A stretch of DNA of 64,000 nucleotides from Raillietiella orientalis. Lineage: Eukaryota. Position numbers and translations under genes: made by a program. Below the pieces are notes generated by a model. The model had not been told where the DNA came from and did not search any database. It worked only from the letters and a program-made list of their open reading frames with translations. The stretch lies in NCBI GenBank assembly GCA_036172245.1, contig JAYWIR010000009.1, positions 682,001 to 746,000 of the forward strand, read 5' to 3'. This document shows, in pieces, positions 1 through 13,486 of the stretch (within the stretch, counting starts at the first letter, position 1; every line of letters begins with the position of its first letter).

Positions 1-751
1 GCTTTCGTCCGACGATCCGCCCTCCGCTTTTTCCTCCCCCGCTCGTTGCGAATGAGCCGAAAGCGACTTCACCCCTATTCCGAACCCCAAGAGCTTGGGA
101 CGTGACCTTCTTAAGTATGATGGAGACCTAGAGATAACCATAAAGAGAGGAATTGACTGCTTGACAGAAACCCCCTCTGGTTCGCAGGGAGCCCTTGCCA
201 GACGCTCACGAGGGCGTTCCAAGAGGTGGTGAGGACTGTCTCCCTGGAAACGGAACTCGGCTGCACGCTGAGGAGCACCAGTTCTCTTCCTCTTACGCCT
301 TCGACTGTTCTTCGTGGAGTGCTCTAGGCCGGAGCTCGGCTGCTCGGACTCGTCAGCGGGTGACTCAGTGCTCCATCACCATCAGCGGACGGTGATGGCG
401 CATCTCCACTGAGATTCGACTTCCTCCCTGAGCATGGAGAACCACGTCTTCGCCTCTTTTTCCTTGGAAAATGCAGGACTTGTGAAACGCCGGTCGTCTG
501 GATGAGCAAGCGCCCGGTGGTCTCGATCCGACCCATCCAGCCAGCTGATTGGCTGAAAAGGAACTCTACGTTTTTCTCGAGAAAAAAGTGTATGGGAAGG
601 GAATTCTGTGGCTCCAGACAGAGAACTACTTTAAAGAGGAACAGATGGGAAGCAGGGTTTTGTGGGATTATTTCAGTCTCCTCCTCCCTTCCTCCTCTTG
701 TTCCTGAGAAGCCATGTGTGATTTCTCGACCTTCCTACATCCTACCAAAAA

Positions 752-1168
752 AGTTCAGAGAATTTCATCGTAGGGCTAACTTAAGCCCAATTGCAATTAG
801 ACTGAGTATGCATAATTCATACTTGTAAAATTCCAGTTTAACCACTATTCATGTCAGTGTTTTGTGAATCCAAAGACCTACAAAATGTTTGTAGTTTGCA
901 TAATACCCACATACGTTTCCGAGTACTCTAAGGTGGACAGTTTCATTTGCTCTCCTTCTAAAATTAAAGGAATGGAAGCAGAATGTTTTAAGTTTCATTT
1001 GAAGCAAATTTCTGAAGTTCCGCGAACTGCTTAAGTGTTGGAATTCATTGGTAATTTTGGAAAGTTTCTCTTTGGAAAACACAAAAGAAGCTTTGCTTAT
1101 GGGGTCATCGCAGAAGTCCACCGCTAACTTCGAATCGCTAAACAAATATTGAAAAACAAGTTTTCCCC
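752..1168 (-). repeat. Copy 1 of a ~410-bp inverted duplication (partner at ~7277-7668)
   Basis: Reverse complement aligns with 7277-7668; both copies translate to DFCDDPISKASFVFSKEKLSKIxNEFQxLSSxRNFRNLLQMKLxTFCFHSFNFRRRANETVH. Ends are approximate. Confidence 0.9.
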
Positions 1169-1799
1169 GTCTAAGAAACACATGAGCAAAAAGAAGATTC
1201 GATTCGCGGAGTGTCTTCCCGGAGCGTTGCGTGCGGCGCCCCAATAGCACACAATCATGTTCAGAATTTTATGGCTTTCTCGCGAAAGTGTGGCGTCCCT
1301 CACCTCCACAAAGTGCGCTCGCAGCGGCGAGGTTGATCCACGCTCCGGTTCGTGGAACGTGGAATGGTCTTGCGGTCCTCCGAGTCCTATTTCCGGCCGC
1401 CGCGTGCCCATCCACGCTTGTCTTTTTCACGCATTCGAGATGAGACCGCATGCTGCCTCCTGGATCTCGTCCTTTGGAAACGGTGGTCCTCGCAGCTCCG
1501 GGTGCCTGCGCCTCATGACTTGCTTTCCCTTCGTGCGTCTCTTGGCAGCGGTCTCGAGTGCATGGAACGCATCGACCTGAATCCTTGAATGTGCGGGCAG
1601 ATCGTACCGCGACTGGAGAGTGCCGACCGCCTCGCAACCGCATGGGGGCGGCCGTGCTTCCCTGCCAGCGAAGAGCAGGTTTCGAGTCAGTCCTCGGGCG
1701 GTTTGCTCAACGGCCCGAGGCTTCACAAATGGGATCATTCCGAAAATTCCCCAAGAGGTGGAATTGCCTGAAAAGGCGCCTGAAACACCGGGCATGTCC

Positions 1800-3050
1800 A
1801 CGACGGGCAACTGTACTCAGCGAGCACAGAAGAAGAAAAAAAACGCGTATGGCAAACCTGCAATCAATGAGCAAAATCTCACCTCACCCATTTTGGATCA
1901 CCAGGAATTACTGCCGGCGCCGCGCACTGTGAACCCGCAAAAAGGGAGTGCGCGCCCTTCCCGGTCCCCCTTGAATTATTGGCAACTTGCGTATTTGATG
2001 AGCGCTGAGGAAACTGAAGGTTCTACTCAACTGGGATTTTTGTGGGACCCCCCGGATTCCTCACTGTCTTAAGTTGAGCGTTTCGATCCCTGCATACCTC
2101 TTTTAGCACGCACCACTGAACTCTTTTCTCCACATTCCTGTTTGTTGAAGTTGTTTGGATTGGTAGTTGAGGAGGAGTTTGCACTACTATTCTGATGCTG
2201 CTTCTGAAACTGTTGCTGTCCATTCCCGTCAGCTTGATGCACACCGATTCAGTCCGTCTCTCGGAATGATCTTCGCTCAAGCCCTTCATGCATTTAAGGG
2301 CACCACCTTACTTTCACCCCTGAACTTGAGGACATGTGGACGACATGTCGGGAAGTACTTCGGTCGTGCTGAGTGATGTCCTCTGGAAGGAAAGCCCTTT
2401 ATCGAGGGAAGGAGAAGGAATGCAATCATCGTGACCATCGTCTGTAACATGTGGTTCCATGCGCAACGCGCATTGCGTTTTCGTAACTCCAACGGCCATG
2501 GAAATCTTCATTTAACGGCTCTCATGAAAGCTGAGACCTTTTTGCTTTAAAGCACAGCTGAAAAAGAAAAAAGTGACCTTATGAAGATAAGAAACGACGC
2601 GAAGAATCTACAGTCCCGTTTACTCGAGTCGCCGTTTCCACGCCGAAGTGACGTCACGCTGCAGGAACGCCCTGGTAATAAGTTGAAATTTAAATTTATG
2701 ATGCATCACGAACTTTGGAGATTGGGCAGGCAAAGCTGAAGCCTCGAAGTGCGTGTTTGAGCACTGGGAAGGCACGCGACAGTGATCATGACTGTTCCTT
2801 CCCCCACCCACCCACCCCCACAGTTCCGAGGATCAAACGACCGCTTGGCATGAGACCCCAGTTCGACGGATGGCATCTCGCAAGCAAGCAAGCACAAGAA
2901 GAGTGGTCGCTTTGTTCCAGTTCTTCGACTTCCGTTTCCCAATCACTCTGCGTACACCCAAGCGGAAATACTTGATTAGCTTGAAAAGGTGGGAATGGGA
3001 CACCGTCCAGACACGGCCGCGTGCTGCCCCATTGAGCAACCACTAGGGGT
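1800..3050 (-). mobile_element. Decayed 3' half of an RLE-type non-LTR retrotransposon
   Basis: Frameshifted motif remnants on the minus strand: KYFRLGV (~2960, resembles YxYLGV) and FTVRGA..SW*SK (~1900, resembles FIVGALGSWDPKN). Boundaries are approximate. Confidence 0.4.
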
Positions 3051-3261
3051 CTCAGAACAGATCGCGCAAAAACCCACGCAGTCAACAGAGGACACAGACT
3101 TGAAAGGGAAAAAAAGTAGAAAGGCAAAAAGATACAGGTTATACAAAAATATTTATTTTGGATGAACATTACAATTTTCATGTTTTATGATACACACTCT
3201 TAGAAACATTGACTGGCGTATGATGAAGCACTTTGTAAGGAAGAGATGTAAGCGACCCAGA

Positions 3262-4535
3262 TCAGTCTGAATCGGGGACACTCTCGAAGATGGAATGCAG
3301 ACTAGACGTGTTTTTCAGGCGGTGGAAGCAGATTCTGAAAACCTTTTTGATCCTCTCGAAGACATTCTGGTCGTACACAGATCTCGCAGTATTGGACAGA
3401 TTAAAGGGCTCTAAAAATACACACACACATATATATATATATGTACCAAGTCATATACACACTCAAGCGTGTTTGCGGCTTACCCTCGATGCATAAGAAC
3501 TTCCACTGATGCGGATCGTTTCTCGGATAATAACGGCACATGCTTATTGGAACGGAGCTCCCCACTCGGATGGACATCGCCTGAGTTTCAAAGCTGAATG
3601 TCATTCGTTACACAGTTAAGTCTTACGATCGGGCACTCCTTACTTGAATTCGTAGCTGAAATAGTGCAAGAAGCCGAGTAATAATTCCCCCACATTCATT
3701 TTATTCTCTGAAAGCGGAAGGGTAAACTGCTCCTGCTTGGAATACTCGTGCAAGGGTATGTAAGAGCCAAACTTTTCGGGCAACATCTGCTGCAGGCATG
3801 GGACGACCGGCGGATACACGCCGCATTGCAGGTAATGAATGATCATTAGCGTGAGCGAATAGCTGGAGATGGTCATGTTCCGGGCGTCGTTGATGTCATG
3901 CTGCCTTGCCCACAGCTTAATGACAACGACAAGCTGCTTGACTCGGATATCCACTGAAACCAAGGTCATTGAATGTGCGGAACAGGCCACAAGAGTTTCA
4001 TACCAGAAGAGTAGCCGCGCAGAAGGTGGGTGTTGCGAATCCCTACCATATTATTGCAATTCAGATCCACCTCGATGCCATTTATAAGATCGCGAAACTT
4101 CAGAATGGGTACTTTGGCTGGAATCAGTTCCATTTTTTGAATAAAATCTACAGGAGAGGAACGGCCTAAATCACCCTAACACGATCCTTATGAAACCCAA
4201 TCACGCACTAAAATATTTCAAATGTCTTGATATGTCTCTTAAACATGACGCTGAATCTACTAAAACATCTGAGCAGCAACTTTTTCGAATTATAAGACAT
4301 AAATCAACATCACTGGTATCACACCCAAATCCATTGATGGATGATCCGACTATGTGCAAGTTCCAAAATGGATTGAACTCCTTGAGGAAATCATCGGGAT
4401 AAACACGAATTACACAACCCAGTCACTTGCCTTTCTCAAAAATTGCAACAACGTGTATTGCAAATTTTTTTTTCTGAGCAACGTATCTTCTTTCTGGCGC
4501 GCACGGTTATACTTTTCGGTGATGTCTCGTGAAAG
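3262..4535 (-). CDS. GLD2: Cytoplasmic poly(A) RNA polymerase GLD2 (TENT2/PAPD4); catalytic core and C-terminus intact, 5' exons unresolved
   Basis: Phase-compatible exons 4535-4431, 4380-4209, 4147-4004, 3953-3644, 3593-3484, 3410-3262. They give LHIVGSSINGFGCDTSDVDLC (GS and DxD), AKVPILKF..IEVDLNCNN..GIRNTHLL, WARQHDINDA..ISSYSLTLMIIHYLQ and LCIEEPFNLSNTARSV, ending in TGA. Confidence 0.93.
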
Positions 4536-7276
4536 CTGAAAAGACGGCTCATGTTTAAAATGACAACACACTGGAATGGATGAGAAAAGAATCAAAATCA
4601 CACGTGTCGAGAACGCACGCCGTTCCAAGTACTTATGCGACAAGTGTGCCACTTTCAAGCTCTCATACGAATTTTGGCTGAAAATCGACATTCGTCAGAA
4701 TTTTCGGCACTTTCCGGCTCCCTTGAGATCCAGTCTAGAGTTCACACGTGAAACACATGGCTACCTCTGGCTCTTTTTGGTCTCGGCATTCCTCGTAGAA
4801 ACCCGCATGCTGCTGACCAGACCTCATAAAACTCGAACTTGGAAACCTTAAAGCGCCAAACTGCCACACGAAGCACTCCCAGTCAGAAACACACAAAGAA
4901 ATGAATGGATTACTACTTCAATCCGTTCGTAACCAATAGCATTACTAAATTCTGCCATACGCTTCGCAACGGCGTCAGACTCACGATCCACTTCAGAGAG
5001 CCAAAAAACAACATAAAAAAAAACAACCTGGATGCAAATTGGTGTCGTGACAAGGATGACCACAAATCGGTTGTTGACACGTTAGAAGAGCAGCGTGTTC
5101 TGCTCAGGACGGTTTGCACAAGGGGAGCAACGGCGCTTTTAAACTCATAGGAGAAAGACAAAAGCAGAATCTCCACTGCCCAATGTGCATCCAACCCAAC
5201 TTCGGAAGAGGCAATGGAGAATGCAAACATAAGAGTAATGCAGCAAGATGTAACGCTGCTGATTTTTTATCAAGTGCAGGGGTAGGTGATTCGGACAGAA
5301 GGATCGAAGTGCTGACTAATAGACAAAAAATAACAAACGAAGCCGCTGCACATACAAAAAACACTTTTTGTTACTTTGGAAGTGAATTTTCCAAAGTACC
5401 AAAAAGGTTCTTTGTATTCGAACTACGACACAAACACCGACAATTGATCCATGTGAAAAAGAAAATCAAACTGGAACATAAAGTAGCGCAGACATGAGGA
5501 ATCATAAAAATAAAAATGGAGGCGATAATGTACGCGAGAAAATACTCTGAATTAAATATCACATAACAGTGCACATCTTTTTTGCCATAAGGTCAGAAAA
5601 TTCAAACTTGAAAGTGAGTCATGGACACACATTGGTGGATCACGGCGGTAAACAGACACTCGATTCTTGCCCCCCTGACCAAGGACCAACCACGTGAAAA
5701 TCTGAACCAAAGGGTGGGTCGATAGCATACACAATACTCGGTAGGTGTTTTCGAAAATATCGCTGCAATAAGAGTGAACACGAACTTCCAACTAATGCTA
5801 TACACAAAGTCAACTTCATAAATGATCACCTGGACAGCCACATTTTATCACTGGTTTCTTTTCAGGTATTACTCAAGACTCACTCTGAATAGTAATGACC
5901 AAAAAAAAGGCACTGATGGTGGAATAGTTACTGTAGTGTTTCATATTTGCAGTCAGTCTTAAAACCTTCCCATCTGTTAATGCGATTATAGTCTACAATT
6001 TCTGTTTTACATTTAGCAAGGAATTGGCGACAATCTGTGGCACACGCACGTACGTAAAGCAATGCACTCATATGAAGCACATTAAAAGAATTTTTGAATT
6101 TGCAAAAAGCTTAGATGCATACAAGATAAAGTAATGGTATTTGTACTGAATGATGGCTGTAGCCATAGCACATTCCACACCTTTGTTCTCGCAATTTAGG
6201 AAACGCAGCTATGAAAACTTTTTTTTCCATTTCAGTTGCACAACTGCCTTTGGAAACGTCGAATATGAGATTTCACATATGATGTAAATGCACCCCCAAG
6301 GTTTATAAGTCATCGTTATTAATTATTCTGCCATTAAATTTCAGTAGTACACTTTCGTTCACATAAACAAAACTTTTGTAGCTTTTCTTACTACCAATTT
6401 CTATATTCACCGCTGTTGAGGGGAAATCCTGACTTCGTCCATTAACTAGTTTCGTCTTTTGCAAAGATTTGTACCGTACTTGTAATTCTGAATTGGTGAA
6501 ATTTCGGATGTTCGTCGAAAGTTCAACACAATAAGACCAATGAAAGTACACAAATCTGGTTTAGCAACATTTCTCATCTCAAGAATCTCAAGTGATAAAT
6601 ACAGTTCACAGGTACAGATTAACCACTCGTTGCTTGTCATCATGTGTGCTATTAATGTTTGTATAATTACCAAAGGCTCATGTAGTCAGTTTCTGATGTA
6701 TGCAATTTTTTTGCATGGCACATATGTTTGCATGTTGAAAATCAATATTATGCACACTTTAAGTGGATACTAATTAATACGTTCGATATCTAATGAAGTA
6801 GCAACCTTTCAAGTAAAATTTTTAATGATTTCAAATTAGGGTTCATCAAGGAAGGTTCCAAGAAAGATACAATTAAATAGTAAAAAACAAATATGATGAG
6901 ACATTGAAATTTCATGCTAAAGTAGTAAAGACAACACTAAAAACATTTCATGAAATGAAATTAGGATTAACAAGAGATAAATTTTCCATAATGAATATCT
7001 AGCATATCATATTAAACATGAACCATTTCTAAAAATGCTGGATAGTCAAAGAATACTCAAGATTTTTAAAAGAACCTGATTCGCAAAGCTGACTCAGTAT
7101 AACTCAATCTACTGAAGTTGCAAGACTACCACTAAAATAATGTAAACTCTTTGCATTATTTTAGTGGACATTACTCTTTGTATCACTAAAAACATGGAAT
7201 CTTTTGGAAGTAAATTTGATTATCTCAATGAGTTTGTAAGCAATTAAAGCTTTTTGTGCATGTATTGCTTAGTTAG

Positions 7277-7668
7277 GGAAAACTTGTTTTTCAAATATTT
7301 ATTTCAAAGTTAGTGATGGACTTCTGTGATGACCCCATTAGCAAAGCTTCTTTTGTGTTTTCCAAAGAGAAACTTTCTAAAATTTTTAATGAATTCCAAC
7401 GCTTAAGCAGTTGGCGGAACTTCAGAAATCTGCTTCAAATGAAACTTCAAACATTCTGTTTCCATTCCTTTAATTTTAGAAGGAGAGCAAATGAAACTGT
7501 TCACTCAGAAACATATGTAGGTATTCTTATGCAAACTACAAACATTTTGGATCTTGTGACTTAAAATTAATGTAAACAGTGGCAAACTGGAATTTTTCAA
7601 GTATGAATCATGCATAATGAGTCTAATTGCATTTAGACTTAAATTAGCCATACAGTGAAATCTTCTAA
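7277..7668 (+). repeat. Copy 2 of the ~410-bp inverted duplication (partner at 752-1168); may contain an exon of an unidentified gene or pseudogene
   Basis: Aligns with the reverse complement of 752-1168; frame open from 7277 (GKLVFQIFISKLVMDFCDDP...). Confidence 0.9.
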
Positions 7669-10399
7669 CACTCAAGTCTCGAATTAAACTGTCTTGAATC
7701 ACTTATAATGGAAGAAGTAAATTCAAAACACTAAGAAAAATAAGAACAATAAAGGTGTACAGTATTTACCGTATCCAAATTCTGAAATGCTGTTCTCAAT
7801 AACTTTTCCCAAACACAGTTTGAAATTGACACATGTTCGGATTCATACTTGTTTTCTTCATCATGATGCTTGAAATTATTTGAATTCTTAGCATTTTTTT
7901 GCAAGGAACTATTTCCCAATAACTGCCAAATGTGTCTAAAATATCAGTATCCATTAACATGTAAAGAAAATTAGAAAACCAAAGAAATTTTGGCTTGAAT
8001 TCCGTGTTTCACCAAATGGTAACTTGAAAAAATGAAACAGGTACCTTTCACGTTTCGGAAATAGTTTTCTTCCATAACTTGGGGTGGCATTAAAGTCTCT
8101 AGGAGGATATTGTGAATACATTACAACGTTAATCGATTGCATATACAGAGTTTACTTCGGGTGATCGTGCATACTTTTTATAACTGCTTGCTGCATTTTG
8201 CAGTGGATATACATATGAGAAAATGTGTAACACAATGAGAACAAAACTTACGTGAACAAAAGCAATCTTTTTATACTATAACAACAAGAATCTGTCAACT
8301 TAAATACCAGGAAAATGCGTTCTTCATTGCATCTTTATTATAGCAGTATACTTACGATGTCTTATAATCATTTTGTATTTGTTACATTAGTTAAATAATA
8401 CTTTTCAAGCATTTGACAGTTCACAAGTTGTTTGAAGAACTCCTAATTACAATTGGGTTGCACAGTATCCTCAGACTGACTACCCATTGAACGTTTACTC
8501 GGAAGGTAACATGGTTTTTAAACCCTGTTGAATATTCAAATTTACAGTGTTGCTGTTTGCAAATAACACCAGCAGCACACTAGAAACTGTGAAAACCCGA
8601 CTGGCTGGAGCGACCCAACCGCATGCACGGGATGGAACTGTGTGTTTGAAAACCCGGGAGGCGGCGGTTGCGAATTTTCAGAAACAACAGATAAGTCGGT
8701 CGTTATGGCTACAAATTGATTACACTCCAAAAGCTGTACACCAATTTACTGCGTAGAGTTTTTGGTTCAAGTGGAAGGCAAGCCGTGTTGTTTGCTTGCT
8801 TTAAGGAGCACCACGCTGAGGGGACACCACGGCACACTGCCGGGACCGAAGGCAACACACACGCCGCGGCCTCGGAAAACACTCACAGCCCCTTCGGCCA
8901 GCCCTGCCGTTTGCTTTCAGTGGTGGCGAGGAATGGCATTAGGCTTTCAAATATAACGTGAAAATAACGTAGCATTCGAAATGAGTGCGTATGTAATGGC
9001 CTTTTCTTGCTTTTCTTCTTCTTCTTTCTCTTCCCCCCCCCCCTCCATCATTATTTGTACACACCTTGCGATTCTTTTACCGTTGTTGCAAACTTTCCTT
9101 CTTCCTTTAAAAAAGGTGTTGCTTCCCCCCCCCCCCCATACACACACACACACACACACAGTTTGCTTAGCCTTTCATCGTTTGTATTTTCCTTGAGAGG
9201 AAGTGTCCTGCTCTAAAAATTCAACTCTTCGTGGCAGGTGTAAATAAAATATCGAACTGGCTTCACAGATTATCCGAATCCATATGAAATCCATTTTCCC
9301 CCCTCCATTTCCTCGAAAGCATTTGTCATGAACAACACTCACCGTGACACTTGTGCAACTCGTCTAAAATATTTTTTACCGTGCACTTTCAAATTAAATA
9401 ACCAAGCAGCATGAGTGGTTAGACTTATGGAAAGTCTACTCTAAAAAACGACTACTGGCAACTTCTATGCCTAGTGCTTGGTTTCTATTTCACTCCGTTT
9501 AGAGCTGTCACTTTTAAAGTGACAGCAAAGAGAATGGATGCGAAGCTGTACAGCCAACTGTACAACGGACGCATCCTAGGAAGTATAACGAGCACACGGA
9601 CAAATGATACATGAACAGTTTGCTACGTAATCACAATTTCAAGATTAAAAGAATCTACGAGAGAAAAGGGGGCAACTAATGCTTACATTTATATGCAAAC
9701 ACTAAAATACACGGATAGAAATGCATCTCGTTCCCATATATCCACAAAGTTCAGACCTGTCAAGAGTTACCACTTTAAAAAAAAAAAAAAAAAAGAGGGG
9801 GTGGGGGGGGGGAGAGTTTCGATAAGGAAGAAAGTTGCGGCCATTTTTTTGTTTGTGGCAAGAGAGTTGATATTTCCTCCTCCCCCCCCCCGCCTTTATC
9901 GAGAAGAGTGCACCATTCCGAACAGCGAGGAACTTTTAGTCCAACTCATGGAACTCATGAAACACTTGAGCGCAGTCCCGGTGCACAAACGACTCCGAGA
10001 ATGATGAAGATGGAAAACCGACCTGAGGCCTCGAAATTGGTTTACGGGCACTTATTTGAGAATTCTTACAATAAAGAAAAATGATTAAACAAGGGAAGGA
10101 ATTAAAGCACTACAATCATCGCGGTATCATCACAAGATGATTGCTGTGCTATGTTTCCACGAAGAGAAATTGAAAAATTTTTTTCCTCCTCGTCAGAAGT
10201 GCCACACACACAGGAACAGATAACTAAGTTTTTCCTTGCAGACTGAATACGATGTATTTCTCTGAAGACACAGACCACATGCTGAACTTGGTAGGCGACG
10301 AAAGCAGTCCAGAATTGCATTTTTAAGAAGCAAAAAAGGAACTGGGTATTGTATCTTACTCGTGTCTTGGAATCTGAGAGCCTACGGCGCTAACTGTCA

Positions 10400-11050
10400 G
10401 TTGGTGAACCGCAGATCGCCATGGATCAAGCAACACAGTACTGGTCTTTATGGGCAATCAAAGTAACCTTACTACAATCGCCGTGCTGGTGAAAGAGGGA
10501 GAAAACGAGATGCAGGAGCATTCACGGGCTCCTCTGCTTAGGGGGAGACTTCTTCGAACATGTCCTCTTAGATGAGATATGCGGGGGTGGGAGTGAGGCA
10601 TTCTGAGGAAGTGTGAATGGTTACAAGAATGCGAAAGTGTGATGATTTCAGGAAGAAATCGAATATGCAATTCTTTAGGAAACGAAGTCTTTGCTTTTGC
10701 AAAGATGACTTTCCTTGAATCAAGTTGGGCAAACTGTTTTCTATAAAGAGGCCCTAATTGTTATTCTGGATCCTGCATCTGCTGCAGACCAGGTTACTAG
10801 CAGCAGTCCATTGCATTTACGATGGCATGCATTTACGACCTCCGATGCCTGCAAACGGAGATCCTTATTCATTTTCACAATAGACTGAAACCTTAAATTC
10901 TAGGAATGAATAGAGAGCACAGCAGGAGAACACAGAGCCATGAAATTAGTGAAGAACGAATGCCGTATCTATAGAGTGCCAGCATCCTATTTATGAAGAG
11001 TTGATAAGTATCCCATGCATCAGCAGCCACATCATGAGCGGAAGCCGCAA
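10400..11050 (-). mobile_element. Probable very old reverse-transcriptase remnant
   Basis: Weak motif echoes in the expected order: IFAKAKTSFPKEL (resembles DLAKAFDSVPH) then RGHVRRSLPLS (resembles RGVRQGxPLS). Confidence 0.3.
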
Positions 11051-13486
11051 CCAGCACCACCCTCAAGCGACTGGAGGAAACCTTCGACCGTCGTTGCTTG
11101 AAGACATCTCGCTAGCGGCAATCGGCAGCTTCTCTCTCGCACCCCTTCCCCTTCTCCCCTTCTACCTGGGGGTAGGGCAAAGCCTCCTCCTCTCGGGAAG
11201 CACGCCCTGCCTGGGTAGCAGCAGCCTCAAGAGTGTTGAGGGACTGAGCTCGATAAACAAGGAGTTTGGGGCATGGAACCATTCCGATGTGGAAATCTCC
11301 CTCGGTCGCAGTCTGAGAGGTCCTTCAGGGGGGCCCTGCCACTAATAAATTTCACGAGTGCCCCCTTCGAAGGATGAGAAGTTTGCTTGCGCAACCTCCC
11401 GCCAAGGAGGAGGGTGAGACGTGATCCTGTGCCATTCCCTCTCCCGGCCTAATTCCTAGGAGCCCACCCCAGCCCAACCCCTCTCTGAAGAGGACTCTAC
11501 CGAGAATCTCCTTTCTCTGGAGAGGTCCTCAGAGCGTGAGGATCCACAGGGAATAGCCGAAACCGGAAAAGGAACAACAAAGATTCAGACGCTGGAGGAA
11601 GACGCTAAGCCTAATGAGAGAACGATAAGGAAACGAATCTTTCCTGAAGTCTGCTCCTCGAAAGTATCCTTGGAACATCAGCATCATCGTTTTTATTTTT
11701 CCTCCCTTGCTGAAAAAATTTCCCTACGAAACTTGCGCGCTCCCTCTTCCCATTAATCCACTGGTCCGTCTGGAAGATGCAAGGGAAAGACTGGAAATGT
11801 TCCCATCACTGAGCTGTGCATCGCGTTCGACCCACCGGCTACCCCACCTCCGTTAAGAGATACTCTTTGAGCTGGAAGGACACTGGATTGCTGTTCTTGA
11901 GACTCATATCATGCATATTCTGTCTTGAGGTCTTCGTCAAGAACGAGGAGATCGACGATCAAATCAGCTTTGCGTGAGACAAACCTCCTTGATTGCGAGG
12001 TAAGAGGACATCGGGAGGATGAAGCCTTAGATCGAGTAGCAAGAGGATTGATTGATCGTTTGTTCGCTGGATGTAGAGACGCCAGCATCCACTACATCAT
12101 TCAAGTTATGAGGATGCTTTCAGTGGAAAAGGAGAACTCCAAACTTTTTTACGATGATGAGAGCCTCAACTTGGATAACTGATATTACATATGTAGTATG
12201 TTTTGATGAGGTAAACCAGAGAAACATAGAAAGTCTCTGACTTTTTCTTTCACTCTAGGATTGCCTCAACATAGACTTCTCACTCTGAAGAAAAACTTAA
12301 TCAACGGTTGATTTCAATCAACAGAGAAACAAGTACCCATGTATAAAGAGTGCACAAAGAGTATGTGTATAAAGAGGAAAGTCACTTTGTAGGAACAAAC
12401 ATACAAACATCTTCTCATGCAACTTTGTTAATGCTTTAGTTCCTACTGTGCACATGGAAGTTTTAGCCCAAATGTTAATACGAGAAGAGTGCAAATTCTT
12501 TTTATTCTGTATCCTGTAATTTAACAAAAGATTCTGGAACTCCATGTTATTTATTGAGGCAGAAAAATATTATGTGTAGGGACAATACGATTAAATCGCT
12601 TGAGAATTTATGAAACAAAAACCGAGAATGTACGTGCCTATATGATTTAACGAAATTTGTATTACTAGATTATTAATTGTCAGTGACAATTGTTGAGTTC
12701 TTGCATTACGAAATATTAATTGATGAAAATGCATTTTCTACATATCTTGAAGATTACTAGAGGAAAACCAAATGTTTTTTTAAGTTTATTTATCGCAATC
12801 AATTTAATTGTGACGTGTAGATAGTAAATGATTAAAATGAAATGTTAATAATGATTATTCTAGGAGAGGCTCCCCATTATTGTTAAATATATTGATCGTC
12901 TTCGAAAGGATTCTTGTTTGGGGCTCATTTTCATTTTTAGAATTACGCTAGACGGGTTTTAAATTGTCTATAGATAGGCAGCTGTAGATTGATAAACGTT
13001 TTGCAAATGTGTTACACTAATGTAAATTTTTTATAGTCGTACATCCATCCATGTTTTTTTAACTCCAGAGTGCTTTTATGGGAGCTCCATCATTGGAAAA
13101 TTGTGTATTGACTACATCGAGGAAAGAAAATCCCATTTAATTTCCATTTGCTTCATATACGTGTATCGAATGTCCCTCAAGAACAGGTGGATGGACTGCT
13201 ATGGAGTGCTGGTGGTAATAATAACATTAATGATTGCATATAACAAATATGAAGTTGCTATGGTTGAATAAGTTTCCTACTTTGGAGAACTGTTTGCAAG
13301 GAAACTGGGGCGTGAAACCTGAGTTACAAATTGTCTTCTATTTCTCGTCGATGGCAGGTAGTGCTATGGCAACCGCGTGGGGCTCGAGCGCTCATCTCGC
13401 GACGGAGCTCGATAGTTACACGTGAACGTCACCGTACGGAAAGTGTTGTAAAAGTTCCCCGTAGATCTCACGTTGTGGAAAGTGCC

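Noticed and set aside
3640..3990. GLD2 as a transposon-captured fragment or pseudogene
   Set aside because: Six exons splice in frame with all three catalytic aspartates and a normal stop.
11482..11533. CTGAAGA followed by a stem as a hammerhead ribozyme (similar case near 44712)
   Set aside because: No GAAA after stem II; only an imperfect hairpin.
13331..13486. TTG-initiated N-terminal extension of SLIMP
   Set aside because: Eukaryotic gene; recognisable similarity starts just after the ATG at 13487.
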